The notes below the pieces were generated by a model. It did no database searches. It had not been told where the DNA came from and saw nothing but the letters and a program-made list of their open reading frames with translations. The position numbers were made by a program, and so were the translations under genes. Shown piece by piece: positions 9,843 to 19,062 of a stretch of 64,000 nucleotides of DNA (the first letter of the stretch is position 1; every line of letters starts with the position of its first letter). Source of the stretch: an uncultured Pseudomonadales bacterium (GTDB lineage Bacteria; Patescibacteriota; Microgenomatia; UBA1400; UBA1396); contig CAZRWP010000001.1 of assembly GCA_964603945.1 (NCBI GenBank), positions 59,623 through 123,622 of the forward strand, in the 5' to 3' direction.

Positions 9843-11222
9843 TTAGATTTTTCCAACCACTTCACCTACTGGCACCCGAATTTGCTCCATGGAATCGCGA
9901 TCACGCAAGGTGACGGTGCCGTCTTCCAGCGTCTGGAAATCAATCGTAATACAGGTGGGTGTTCCGATTTCATCCTGACTTAGATAGCGCTTGCCGATAT
10001 TTCCACGATCATCCCAGGCAATTGGATAAATCTGACTTAGCTCTTTGAAGATTTCATCGGCTTTGGCCACTAATTCTGGCTTGTTTTTTAAGAGGGGGAA
10101 CACAGCCGCCCGGTAAGGTGCCAATTCTTTAGGCAAGCGCAAAACAATCCGCTGATTCTCTTCGTCATGATAAAACGCTTCCAACAGAATCATCAGGAAA
10201 AGGCGATTAACACCAACTGCTGGCTCAATCACGTGTGGCAGGAACTTGCGACCGGTTGAAGAATCCACCACCTGCAGATCCTGGCCAGAATATTCCATAT
10301 GTTGTTTGAGATCATAGTCAGTCCGGTAAGCCAAGCCCCAAAGCTCCTTAAAGCCAAAGGGAAAGTTGTAATCTAAATCAACAGTGCGACGACTATAAAA
10401 TGACCGCTCCTCATCTGGATGTTCCCGCCAGCGCAAATTATCAGGTGAAATGCCAAGGTCCTGTGTCACAAACTGCCACATTTGGCCTTGCCAGTCACCA
10501 AAAATTGCTTCCCAGTCGGAATTTTCTGGATCAAAGAAATACTCAATTTCGGCCATCTCAAATTCCATAGTTCTAAAAATAAAGTTTCCAAGCGTAATTT
10601 CATTGCGGAAACCTTTCCCCGTCTGACCAACGCCAAAAGGCAGTTTCACCCTAGTGCTATCCAATATATTTTTAAAGGTCGTGAAAATTCCCTGCGCCGT
10701 TTCACCACGAAGATAAGCCTTAGATTCGGTTTCAGGGACAATTCCAATAGAGGTCTCAAAAAGTAAATTGAATTGTCTAACATTAGTCCAATTAAATCCG
10801 CCACAGTACGGGCAAGGAATTTTTTCCGTTTGAATTATTTGATCTAATTCACTATCGGGCAAACCCTCAACCTGTTTCTCCTCACCTTTAGCTTGATAAT
10901 ATTCTTCAATCAAGTGATCTGCCCGCTTGCGACGCTGACACTCTTTACAATCAATTAAAGGATCGGAAAAACCACCCACGTGGCCAGAAGCTTCCCAAGT
11001 TTTGGGATGCAAAATAATAGAGGAATCCAATCCAACCATATCAGGTCGCTGAGTAATAAAGCGTTTCCACCACAAATTTATCAGGTTGCGTTTTAATTCA
11101 ACGCCCAGTGGGCCATATTCGTAAGCATTGGCGAGACCGCCATAAATTTCTGAAGAAGGATAAACAAAACCGCGCCGCTTGCTTAAACTGACGATATCGT
11201 TCATTTTGTCGGATGGATTCAT
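9843..11222 (-). CDS. glyQS: glycine--tRNA ligase (homodimeric, eukaryote/archaea type)
   Basis: RRGFVYPSSEIYGG, LRGETAQGIF, FRNEIT, IEPAVG, GKRY..QDEIGTP. Confidence 0.97.
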   Translation of the reverse strand: MNPSDKMNDIVSLSKRRGFVYPSSEIYGGLANAYEYGPLGVELKRNLINLWWKRFITQRPDMVGLDSSIILHPKTWEASGHVGGFSDPLIDCKECQRRKRADHLIEEYYQAKGEEKQVEGLPDSELDQIIQTEKIPCPYCGGFNWTNVRQFNLLFETSIGIVPETESKAYLRGETAQGIFTTFKNILDSTRVKLPFGVGQTGKGFRNEITLGNFIFRTMEFEMAEIEYFFDPENSDWEAIFGDWQGQMWQFVTQDLGISPDNLRWREHPDEERSFYSRRTVDLDYNFPFGFKELWGLAYRTDYDLKQHMEYSGQDLQVVDSSTGRKFLPHVIEPAVGVNRLFLMILLEAFYHDEENQRIVLRLPKELAPYRAAVFPLLKNKPELVAKADEIFKELSQIYPIAWDDRGNIGKRYLSQDEIGTPTCITIDFQTLEDGTVTLRDRDSMEQIRVPVGEVVGKI

Positions 11223-11230
11223 ATTTTTTG

Positions 11231-11300
11231 GCTCTCTACTGCTGACTTTATTTAGCTCTCTTCCGCTGACTTTAAAAGTGCGCTTTTTCTGCTGGCGCTT
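11231..11300. repeat. short tandem repeat in the glyQS leader
   Basis: GCTCTCTACTGCTGACTTTA (11231) and GCTCTCTTCCGCTGACTTTA (11255), period 24, plus a degenerate third unit at 11282. Confidence 0.6.
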
Positions 11301-11396
11301 CCAAATAATTGTAACAGGTTTAGCTATTCCTGAGGGGTTTAAACGTTTTTTGAGTAATTTTTGAAGCGACTGTAAATGCGGTTGTTTGAACGGACA

Positions 11397-11561
11397 TTAC
11401 TTTTCCAATACCACTTCCAGGCGATTCCAGTCTTCTCGCTCAAATTCACGCTCATAATCTCTTATCCAAAGTTTAAGCGCATCAAGTCGATGCTCGGCTT
11501 TTATACTTCGAGATTGCAAAATTGAACTGTCCTTTTTTAAATCACATCGCCAGTAAAACAT
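11397..11561 (-). CDS. small hypothetical protein (54 aa)
   Basis: ATG preceded by GGAGG and a TATAAT at 11601-11596. Confidence 0.6.
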   Translation of the reverse strand: MFYWRCDLKKDSSILQSRSIKAEHRLDALKLWIRDYEREFEREDWNRLEVVLEK

Positions 11562-11604
11562 ATCAACCTCCTGATTTGACGGATATTTTAGTCCTATTAT
11601 AACT

Positions 11605-11716
11605 GAGAAGGACCGAGAAGGACCGAGAAGGATCATCCTTGCCCCTCCGCTAGCCTGGAAGGATCATCCTAGGATGATCCTTCTTGAGGAAAACAAGGGC
11701 AAGGATGATCCTTCTC
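11605..11716 (+). repeat. nested palindromic intergenic element, copy 1 (86-bp core 11628-11713)
   Basis: 20-bp terminal IR (11625-11644/11697-11716), perfect 26-bp central palindrome 11658-11683, preceded by two GAGAAGGACC units. Confidence 0.95.
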
Positions 11717-11749
11717 TCGTAATATTAGACAATCTTGAAACTAATTAAA

Positions 11750-12292
11750 TTACACCCGTAAATAGGCAAAACTGCGTACAGGATGACCTAGCAACACCTC
11801 AACCAGTTCCGAAACCGAGCCGGCCGGAGCTGAGGCTGGCGCTTCAATGCCCTGTTGAGCCAATAGATTAAATAACGCTTGGCGCACTTGGCCACGGTGA
11901 TACTGTTCAGCATTCTGGTGGATATATCGTAAAATTTCTTCAGCGGCACTAAAAAGACTGCGTTGCTCAATCTCTTCCAGGCTTATCCGATGAATTATTT
12001 CCAAAATGGCTGATATATCTCTTAGAACCGTTAACTCCGATTGGCTGGGTAGGAGACTTTCTTCTAAGCGAACCTCGGTTAACAATTTTGTTTCTCCCAG
12101 GGAAATCCAATGAAAGGAAATGCGCGAGGCTGGCTGTAAAGCTGAGCCACGGCGTGAAGTAATTTTACGCACACCTTTAGCCAAACATGTCAAACGACCA
12201 TACTCAGGGGTGAGAATGTCAATCCAGCGGTCCTGTTCACGATAATTTCGTGTTTTTAAGACTAAGCCAGTAGAGGTGACGGATTGAGGCAC
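11750..12292 (-). CDS. recO: DNA repair protein RecO
   Basis: GLVLKTRNYREQDR..ILT..YGRL..LAKGVRKITSRR OB-fold. Confidence 0.9.
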   Translation of the reverse strand: MPQSVTSTGLVLKTRNYREQDRWIDILTPEYGRLTCLAKGVRKITSRRGSALQPASRISFHWISLGETKLLTEVRLEESLLPSQSELTVLRDISAILEIIHRISLEEIEQRSLFSAAEEILRYIHQNAEQYHRGQVRQALFNLLAQQGIEAPASAPAGSVSELVEVLLGHPVRSFAYLRV

Positions 12293-12301
12293 TTAACCAG
12301 T

Positions 12302-14575
12302 TTACTCGACCTTCACGGTCATGTCTTTATCCAGAATAAACTCAACTTGGCCTTCCGGCGTAGTTAGCTCAAACGGAATCGGATCGGTTCCAGCTTGCTT
12401 TTGCATACGCAAAGCATATTCTTCGCCAGAATATGGAATATTCAAAGTTGCTCTAATCCTGGCTTGGCCCATAGGTGCCAGTTTAAAGAATCCTTCAATA
12501 ATGTCGTAACCTTCATGAGAATCATCAATCGTGTGACCATTCTCAAAACCAACCAACTCTTGAACAGTGGTGCCTTTAGGCACGTACCAACGAGTCCAGT
12601 TGTTCAGATTGGCATTCAAACACAACAACCCGGCTTCCAGATTACAATTGGAGGCGGCGTGGGTATTGCGGTAAGTCAGCTCCACTTGCTTGGTGAGACT
12701 GCCATTTTCCATACTTTCAACTACTTGACTACCCTCAACCTCGGTAAATAGATTTGACTTGGCACCGCCCAGGTTGGCATCAATAATTGTCAGATAGTCC
12801 TGACCTTCTTCCACCTGAGGAATAATTCCGGCGGCATTAATTGACTCTGCGGCCAACTGCTTGTCTTCATCTAAGAAATAAAATTGGGTATGACGGCCTT
12901 CAATACTTTCCCATAAAAGTTCTGCTAGTAACGGCCATTTATCGCGGGAAGTCGCGTAAGTTTTTTGAATAATTGACTGCATCATAGGAGCCAAAATTCC
13001 CTTGCGGTCTTCGCGGTGATAAGGCGTCGGCCGGTCAATAATTTCTGACAAGGCATAAATAATCTGAGGACAGTCACAGCGGGGATCGTTTTCCGCCGAG
13101 AAAGTACCATAGCCGGGCACTTCAATAGGTCCCAGAACCTCAACAATCTCCGCTAACAAAACCGTATCTACGGAAATAATGCCATCGATATCATCGGGTT
13201 CACCAGGAATATCTTGGTAATATGAATAAACTGTTTTCATCGACTCAGAAAAGTTGGGATCCATGTTCATGTCACGCAAATTCCAACGGGACTCAGTGGT
13301 GAGATATTTTCCCAAAATCTCCGGAATCGGCGGCTTGTTGCGGAACTTCTGATCTACCTCATAGATATCATCTGATTTCTCTGGCGTCAGCTTGCCGTCT
13401 TCCACGTACACCACGGCATAGGCGGTCATAAATCCGCCGGTGGGACGTAGTTCATTATCATTTTGGAAAATAATCAGGTATTTTTGGCGTTCACCGGCGC
13501 CAGCCATCGCAGGCAATTGTTCAATCACCGGGCGGAAATCGGTCAAAGCAACTTCGGCGGCGGCGGCTCCGTCATGCAGTTGTTGAACATATGAGCGCAC
13601 CGGATAACCGGAAAATTCAACCGGGTAATCAGCTGGATCAATAACTTGGACATGGGAATTCATCTCCTCGACCTTAGCGCCAATGGCATCCAGTTGAGGG
13701 GTAATCTGCTGAAGAGTTTCCAGCATCAGGCCAATCCTGTCTTCCGTGGTGCCGCCTTCAAAACTGCCCTCACCGGTAAAACCTAAAACGTCGGCGTGGG
13801 GTTCAATCGCTGACACGGTCAAAAGTCCGGCCTCGACACCTGCTACGCCAGCTTTTAGACCAGCCGAACCATCATGATAATACTTGCCAACGAAAGGCAG
13901 TGAACCGGTCCATTTAAGGGCTTCAAATTCCTGTTGGCTGGCTTCCAATCGCTGTTTGGTATTCTCCAAATGCAATTTCGTGGCTGGTAAATTCTGAGAT
14001 TTGAATGAGTCATAGGCAATCCGGCCTTCAGTTGCTGCCTGCTGTAGCTCCGCCTTTACAACCTGCGCTTGAGCATAACTGTGCCAGGCAACTAAACTGA
14101 CGAGTACTAGCAAAACCAATAAACCGCCAGTTACTGAGCCGAGCAATTTATAGTTTCGTCTCTGCTGGTCGGACAAATTACCCCACCACTGCTTGTAATC
14201 AAATGATTTTAATCTGGCCCAAGTATTTACTGCCTGAGAAGTTGAATCATTTCCTGAAGAAGTCATGATTTGTTTCCTTTTGAGGTTGTTGGTCTTGACT
14301 GGTTCAATCTCTTTAACTTGACTATCTTTTGCTTGATTAGCTTTGGTTACTCGATTATTTGTCTGACCATCTTTTTCTTGACTGACTTTCATCGGACCAT
14401 CTTTTGTCTGGCTATCATTTGCTTGTTCATCATCCCAAGCCTTAAAAACACCAGCTTGACCATTTGAAACGGGAGTATCAATGGTTTCAGCATCACTCTC
14501 GGGTAAATCCGAGTTTTTTAGCGAATGTTTTTTCCAGATCGGAGCGAAATCATCTTTTGACATAACGACAGACAA
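12302..14575 (-). CDS. DUF4012 domain membrane-anchored protein
   Basis: FQNDNELRPTGGF, NLRDMNMDPNF, ANLGGAKSN motifs after a single TM. Confidence 0.85.
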   Translation of the reverse strand: MSVVMSKDDFAPIWKKHSLKNSDLPESDAETIDTPVSNGQAGVFKAWDDEQANDSQTKDGPMKVSQEKDGQTNNRVTKANQAKDSQVKEIEPVKTNNLKRKQIMTSSGNDSTSQAVNTWARLKSFDYKQWWGNLSDQQRRNYKLLGSVTGGLLVLLVLVSLVAWHSYAQAQVVKAELQQAATEGRIAYDSFKSQNLPATKLHLENTKQRLEASQQEFEALKWTGSLPFVGKYYHDGSAGLKAGVAGVEAGLLTVSAIEPHADVLGFTGEGSFEGGTTEDRIGLMLETLQQITPQLDAIGAKVEEMNSHVQVIDPADYPVEFSGYPVRSYVQQLHDGAAAAEVALTDFRPVIEQLPAMAGAGERQKYLIIFQNDNELRPTGGFMTAYAVVYVEDGKLTPEKSDDIYEVDQKFRNKPPIPEILGKYLTTESRWNLRDMNMDPNFSESMKTVYSYYQDIPGEPDDIDGIISVDTVLLAEIVEVLGPIEVPGYGTFSAENDPRCDCPQIIYALSEIIDRPTPYHREDRKGILAPMMQSIIQKTYATSRDKWPLLAELLWESIEGRHTQFYFLDEDKQLAAESINAAGIIPQVEEGQDYLTIIDANLGGAKSNLFTEVEGSQVVESMENGSLTKQVELTYRNTHAASNCNLEAGLLCLNANLNNWTRWYVPKGTTVQELVGFENGHTIDDSHEGYDIIEGFFKLAPMGQARIRATLNIPYSGEEYALRMQKQAGTDPIPFELTTPEGQVEFILDKDMTVKVE

Positions 14576-14741
14576 TCATTGTAGCAGTTTTTGGGCGCTC
14601 ACTCATTGGTTGAAATTACTGATCAGAAAACTCTTACACTAATCTCACTTTTGACGGGTAGGATCAGACTTTTAAGCTACAGAAGCGCCTGATTTTTTAG
14701 CTCTCGTCCCATCAATTACAAATTGACCAGGAGGACATATT

Positions 14742-16184
14742 TTGATTAATGAAAAGCTATCATCTGTCAGTCAAACCTGGGCTGATTTTAGATCAAGACA
14801 ATCGGCGGTTAAGACTGAGCCACTTAAAAATCTTAAACAAGAATTAATTCACCGCTGGCCACAACTGCGTAGGCTGATGGTGGTGGCTGGCGTGGCCGCC
14901 AACTTTGCCCTGCCCGCCATTGATTCACTGGCTTATAACTGCGAAGATCCCTATTGCCAACCGCCAGGCGGAGCAGTAACGGCTCTGCCTGCCCAGGAAA
15001 AAGAGCGTAATCTTGACTTAAACCAGACTCTAAAACCAGCCAGAATATTTTTGCAAAACCTCTTAACTCAATCTCTTGAAAACATAGCTCTTGAAAACAG
15101 CCGGGCAATTCATTTTGATCCTCATGCTTTAGTCTGGGAGATAATGGCCAATCCAGATCTGGTCGCCACTGGCGTGTATGGCACTCCGGTTGGTGGAAGT
15201 TCTTTAGTTGGTTGGGGCAGTGTCAACAATAACTGGCGACGCAAGCATTACAACCCCTACGACAATTATCACGAAATAACCCAGCAACTAGCCAACGAAC
15301 TTCATACCAAACAAACTCAGGCATATTTTGCTGATCTGGTTTTAATTTATGGTCGTTCTGAGAGAGGTTACCTTAATATTGTTAATAAATCAGCTGATTT
15401 TGCTGAATTTGTTCACAATGAAGGTGATATTGTTTTTTTTAATTTGCGTCCGCCTGGCGACTTTTCAGTGGCCGAGCTACGGGAATTAGTCGAAAAAATC
15501 TGGACCGGCCACGCTACTTACCTGGATGGAAGTCAGGTAGTAAGTCAGGAATTTATCAAGGAATCCGGCCCTATTCTATCGCTAGATCTGGAAGAAATGC
15601 TGAGAGGTTATTATCCGGAAGGCGTACCCGCCACTGAACTAAATACCGTTATTGAGACTTACATTGAGATCATGCGTTCTTATGGTTTTGCCAAGCCGGT
15701 TATTTTTCTGTACGAACGTGGCTTGGGTGAGCCAGATATGGTTGATGATGTCAGTCAATTAAATACGGAAAATATTATTATTATTTACTCTGGTTTTGTC
15801 CCAGAAGGTGATCTGGAATATAAAATTCAAGGCACCATCGATTTGATTACTGCCTATGGTAAAACCAGAGGTGGCTGTATGATTTTTGACAGCCAATCCC
15901 TTTCACAAGTTCAGCGGGACGATTTAACGCCAGCTGAGATTCGAGAATATATCAATAACGATGTTTGCGCCTTTGTTCTGCCACAGGGAATTTTACTTAT
16001 TATTGGTGCACCATTTCTTAGATCTAATAGATCGGGCAAATCAGACAAATCTTCCAAATCAACTAAAAGAGTCGCCAAAGCCAGATCAAAAACTAATAAA
16101 AATTCAAAATTGCAGATGCAAAGAAGAATGAATCCTGTGAAGAATTTACCAACGGCTAATCATCGCGCGAGGCGTGCGAGCTAA
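14742..16184 (+). CDS. hypothetical exported/membrane protein
   Basis: GGAGG before TTG; hydrophobic segment near residue 45-60, C-terminal hydrophobic stretch and basic tail. Confidence 0.65.
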   Translation: MINEKLSSVSQTWADFRSRQSAVKTEPLKNLKQELIHRWPQLRRLMVVAGVAANFALPAIDSLAYNCEDPYCQPPGGAVTALPAQEKERNLDLNQTLKPARIFLQNLLTQSLENIALENSRAIHFDPHALVWEIMANPDLVATGVYGTPVGGSSLVGWGSVNNNWRRKHYNPYDNYHEITQQLANELHTKQTQAYFADLVLIYGRSERGYLNIVNKSADFAEFVHNEGDIVFFNLRPPGDFSVAELRELVEKIWTGHATYLDGSQVVSQEFIKESGPILSLDLEEMLRGYYPEGVPATELNTVIETYIEIMRSYGFAKPVIFLYERGLGEPDMVDDVSQLNTENIIIIYSGFVPEGDLEYKIQGTIDLITAYGKTRGGCMIFDSQSLSQVQRDDLTPAEIREYINNDVCAFVLPQGILLIIGAPFLRSNRSGKSDKSSKSTKRVAKARSKTNKNSKLQMQRRMNPVKNLPTANHRARRAS

Positions 16185-16766
16185 AATTTTTATATCCTGC
16201 CAGATATTTTTGTGGCGGGCATATTCGGCATCCATTTTGGCACGCTGAATAAAAGGAATGTCATTTCGTCCCGACACTTGCCAAGGACCGGTAATACCTG
16301 GTTTAACGCTTAAAATATCGCGGATACAAGCTTTAGTTTCAGGGTAGCGAATACTTTGCTCTTTGAGTTCTCTTTCAACATACGCCCTAGGTCCAACCAT
16401 GCTCATGTCCCCTTGCAGGACGTTCAGCAACTGAGGAAACTCGTCAATAGTTAGCGCACGCAACACTTTTCCTAGTCGGGTGATACGAGGGTCATGCTCG
16501 AGCTTCCAGTCACTCTGTTTAAACTTAGCCAGCAGTTTTTTATCCTTTTGATGCAGAAGCTCATCGGCATCTTTGACCATCGACCGGAATTTATAAAGTT
16601 TGATCGATCGGCCACCCAAGCCGACTCGGGTGTGGGTGAAAAAAACCGGCCAACCAGACTCAATCATAATTAGTAGAGGCACAATAATCCAAAACGGCAA
16701 AAAAGCAAAAATTAACAGAGATGAGACTGCTAAATCTAAGATTCGTTTTTGAACTTGATAATCCAT
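16146..16766 (-). CDS. priming polyprenyl-phosphate sugar phosphotransferase (Bac_transf family)
   Basis: KRILDL, KFRSM, DPRITRLG, DEFPQL, MSMVGPR, KPGITGPWQVSGR. Confidence 0.92.
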   Translation of the reverse strand: MDYQVQKRILDLAVSSLLIFAFLPFWIIVPLLIMIESGWPVFFTHTRVGLGGRSIKLYKFRSMVKDADELLHQKDKKLLAKFKQSDWKLEHDPRITRLGKVLRALTIDEFPQLLNVLQGDMSMVGPRAYVERELKEQSIRYPETKACIRDILSVKPGITGPWQVSGRNDIPFIQRAKMDAEYARHKNIWQDIKILARTPRAMISRW

Positions 16767-16807
16767 AACTTTAATTTCTAAAAGTTTACTCAGCTTTTTA
16801 AGTCTGA

Positions 16808-17917
16808 TTACAAATATTTATCGAGTCCTTCTTCTTGCAGTTTGCCCACTAATTTCTTGACCTCAGCGGCGCGTTCGCGCGGCATAACCATGACCACGTC
16901 ATCGCTATCCACTACCACCAAGTTATCAACTCCGACTAGCGCAACTGCACGATGATTAGTACTGATCAAATTATTATGCGAATCTACCGCCACAACTGGC
17001 TCAGCATCCGCGCCATCACGAACGACTACTGTGCCATTGGTGTCTTTTTCACCCAACTGATAAACCGTGCTCCACAATCCGACATCATCCCAACCGAAAT
17101 CACCTGGGATAAGCATTAAATTGTCCGCTTTTTCCGAGATGGCAAAGTCAATAGAAATTTTTTCAGCGGATTCATATTCAGTATTTAAGACTTGTTGGAA
17201 TTCAGGCGTACCGATTGCCGTTTCAATCTTGGCTAAGTGAACTGTCATGTCAGGCATATATTTCTTAAAAGCGGTTTCGATAGCCTGAACGTGCCAGGTG
17301 TACATATTGGCATTCCAGTAATAATCGCCTTCAGCCAAAAACTGCTCGGCTGTAGCCCGATCTGGTTTTTCCTTGAAGCTCTTCACCGTACAAATCAAGT
17401 CACGACCATCTTCAACTTTGTCTGGATTAACCTGGATATAACCAAAGTTAACATTGGGATCAGTGGGCTTAATTCCAACAGTTAATAAATGGTTGCTCGG
17501 TCCAGCTAATTCCAAAGCCTTAGTAATGACCCGCTGAAATTCCGCTTCATCATTCAAGACATGGTCTGAGGCAATATTGGTGACAATTGCCTCTGGATCG
17601 TAATGCTTGGCAATTAGTGATCCGACGGCCATCGCCATGGCGGTGTCGCGCTTGGTAGGCTCAGCCACAATGTTTTCTGGCAGAACTTGCGGAAGCTGTT
17701 GTCTAACTTCTTCCAGATAATCTTTATTAGTTACAACAATGATTTTTTCCCAGGGAATAACGCGCTCAATTCGGCGCGCCGCCTGCTGAAGCAAAGTGGT
17801 GTTTCCGCCCAACTTAAGAAATTGCTTTGGTTTGTTGTCGCGAGACATTGGCCAAAGGCGCGTACCACTGCCTCCGGCTAAAATAACGGCATAGGCATGA
17901 TCAAGATATGAGCTCAT
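16808..17917 (-). CDS. manC: mannose-1-phosphate guanylyltransferase
   Basis: ILAGGSGTRLWPMSR..PKQFL, FKEKP, SIDFAISEK, GWDDVG. Confidence 0.92.
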   Translation of the reverse strand: MSSYLDHAYAVILAGGSGTRLWPMSRDNKPKQFLKLGGNTTLLQQAARRIERVIPWEKIIVVTNKDYLEEVRQQLPQVLPENIVAEPTKRDTAMAMAVGSLIAKHYDPEAIVTNIASDHVLNDEAEFQRVITKALELAGPSNHLLTVGIKPTDPNVNFGYIQVNPDKVEDGRDLICTVKSFKEKPDRATAEQFLAEGDYYWNANMYTWHVQAIETAFKKYMPDMTVHLAKIETAIGTPEFQQVLNTEYESAEKISIDFAISEKADNLMLIPGDFGWDDVGLWSTVYQLGEKDTNGTVVVRDGADAEPVVAVDSHNNLISTNHRAVALVGVDNLVVVDSDDVVMVMPRERAAEVKKLVGKLQEEGLDKYL

Positions 17918-19062
17918 GCGATCCCTTCAATCTGCTTTTGATGTTTTTTCCAATATTGATTAACCATATCAAAAAAGGTCTTTTGCCAATTGGCCTCTGC
18001 ATATTGGCTTGCCTGACGCTGGATGTCAAGTTTTGACCACGAGGCAACCATGGCCTTTTTCATAGCCGCCCTCAGCATAGCAATATTTGATTTAGGGAGA
18101 AAGAGGGCATCCTGATCTGGTCTTAGTAGCTCCGCCGCCCCGCTGTGGACGTTTATTATCACTGGACAGCCTTGAGATACTGCCTCCATGGCTGTAATAC
18201 CAAAATCTTCTTCCTGAGGAAAAACAGCGGCTTTAGCGTGCTGAAGATACCAGGCAACTTCAGATTCGGCAATCTGACCGACAAACTTAATATATTGCTG
18301 ATCCGGATCTAATCTCTGCGCAAATTTCTGCCAACATTTTGTTTTGGATCCCCTACCAGCCACAACCAAAAATTGCCGATTGGCTATCGCCGCCTGAATT
18401 GTTAAGTCAATCTTTTTGTAGGCAACGTGGCGACCCCAGGTAAAAAAGAAGTCGGCGGGCGGAATATACTTTGGTTTAGTAGGTTTTGCTAGTTTGGGAA
18501 TTGGTGGATAAATTGGCTCCTGAGCAGGGCGTCCATAATATTGGCGACATCGTTTCGCCACTAATTTTGAAATTGGCACAATTGTGTCTGGATTTTTAGC
18601 TGTATTTTGATCAATTTTTCTTAACCAATTCATGACTTGCTTGGCAAAAACGCGGATGATTGGAGGTAGTTCACGTAGATATTCAGTCTGATGAGACCAG
18701 AGATAACGAGTAGGAGTTAATAAATAGCACAAATGCAACTGACTGGGACTTGTTTGTACAGCCTTGGCAAACTCCGAAGTAACTGAAATTACTACGTCAT
18801 ACTCTGCCAAGTTAAATGACCTAAATGCCCAGGGCATGAGCCAACCAATTAATTGATGGCGACTCCGCAACCAAGGTATTGATTGCAAAAGGCTAGGACG
18901 TACATCCCAATTGTCTGCCCACCTAGCCCTTGATGGATCATAAACTGAGGTATATAGCGGCGCCTTAGGAAATATTTTATGCAAAGCCAAAAGAACACGC
19001 TCGGCTCCGCCCCACGAATTTACACGATCGTAGACAATGGCCACCCGGAGTGGTGATTTCAT
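17914..19062 (-). CDS. glycosyltransferase family 4 (WbaZ-like mannosyltransferase)
   Basis: GGAERVL, CYLLTPTRYLW, EDFGITAMEA. Confidence 0.88.
   Translation of the reverse strand: MKSPLRVAIVYDRVNSWGGAERVLLALHKIFPKAPLYTSVYDPSRARWADNWDVRPSLLQSIPWLRSRHQLIGWLMPWAFRSFNLAEYDVVISVTSEFAKAVQTSPSQLHLCYLLTPTRYLWSHQTEYLRELPPIIRVFAKQVMNWLRKIDQNTAKNPDTIVPISKLVAKRCRQYYGRPAQEPIYPPIPKLAKPTKPKYIPPADFFFTWGRHVAYKKIDLTIQAAIANRQFLVVAGRGSKTKCWQKFAQRLDPDQQYIKFVGQIAESEVAWYLQHAKAAVFPQEEDFGITAMEAVSQGCPVIINVHSGAAELLRPDQDALFLPKSNIAMLRAAMKKAMVASWSKLDIQRQASQYAEANWQKTFFDMVNQYWKKHQKQIEGIA

Noticed and set aside
11223-11396. T-box riboswitch upstream of glyQS
   Set aside because: The leader is about 80 nt with no T-box consensus or terminator.
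11605-11716. Palindromic element as a mini CRISPR array
   Set aside because: Units are 13 bp and inverted, spacers are 18 bp and shared between copies, and no cas operon is present.
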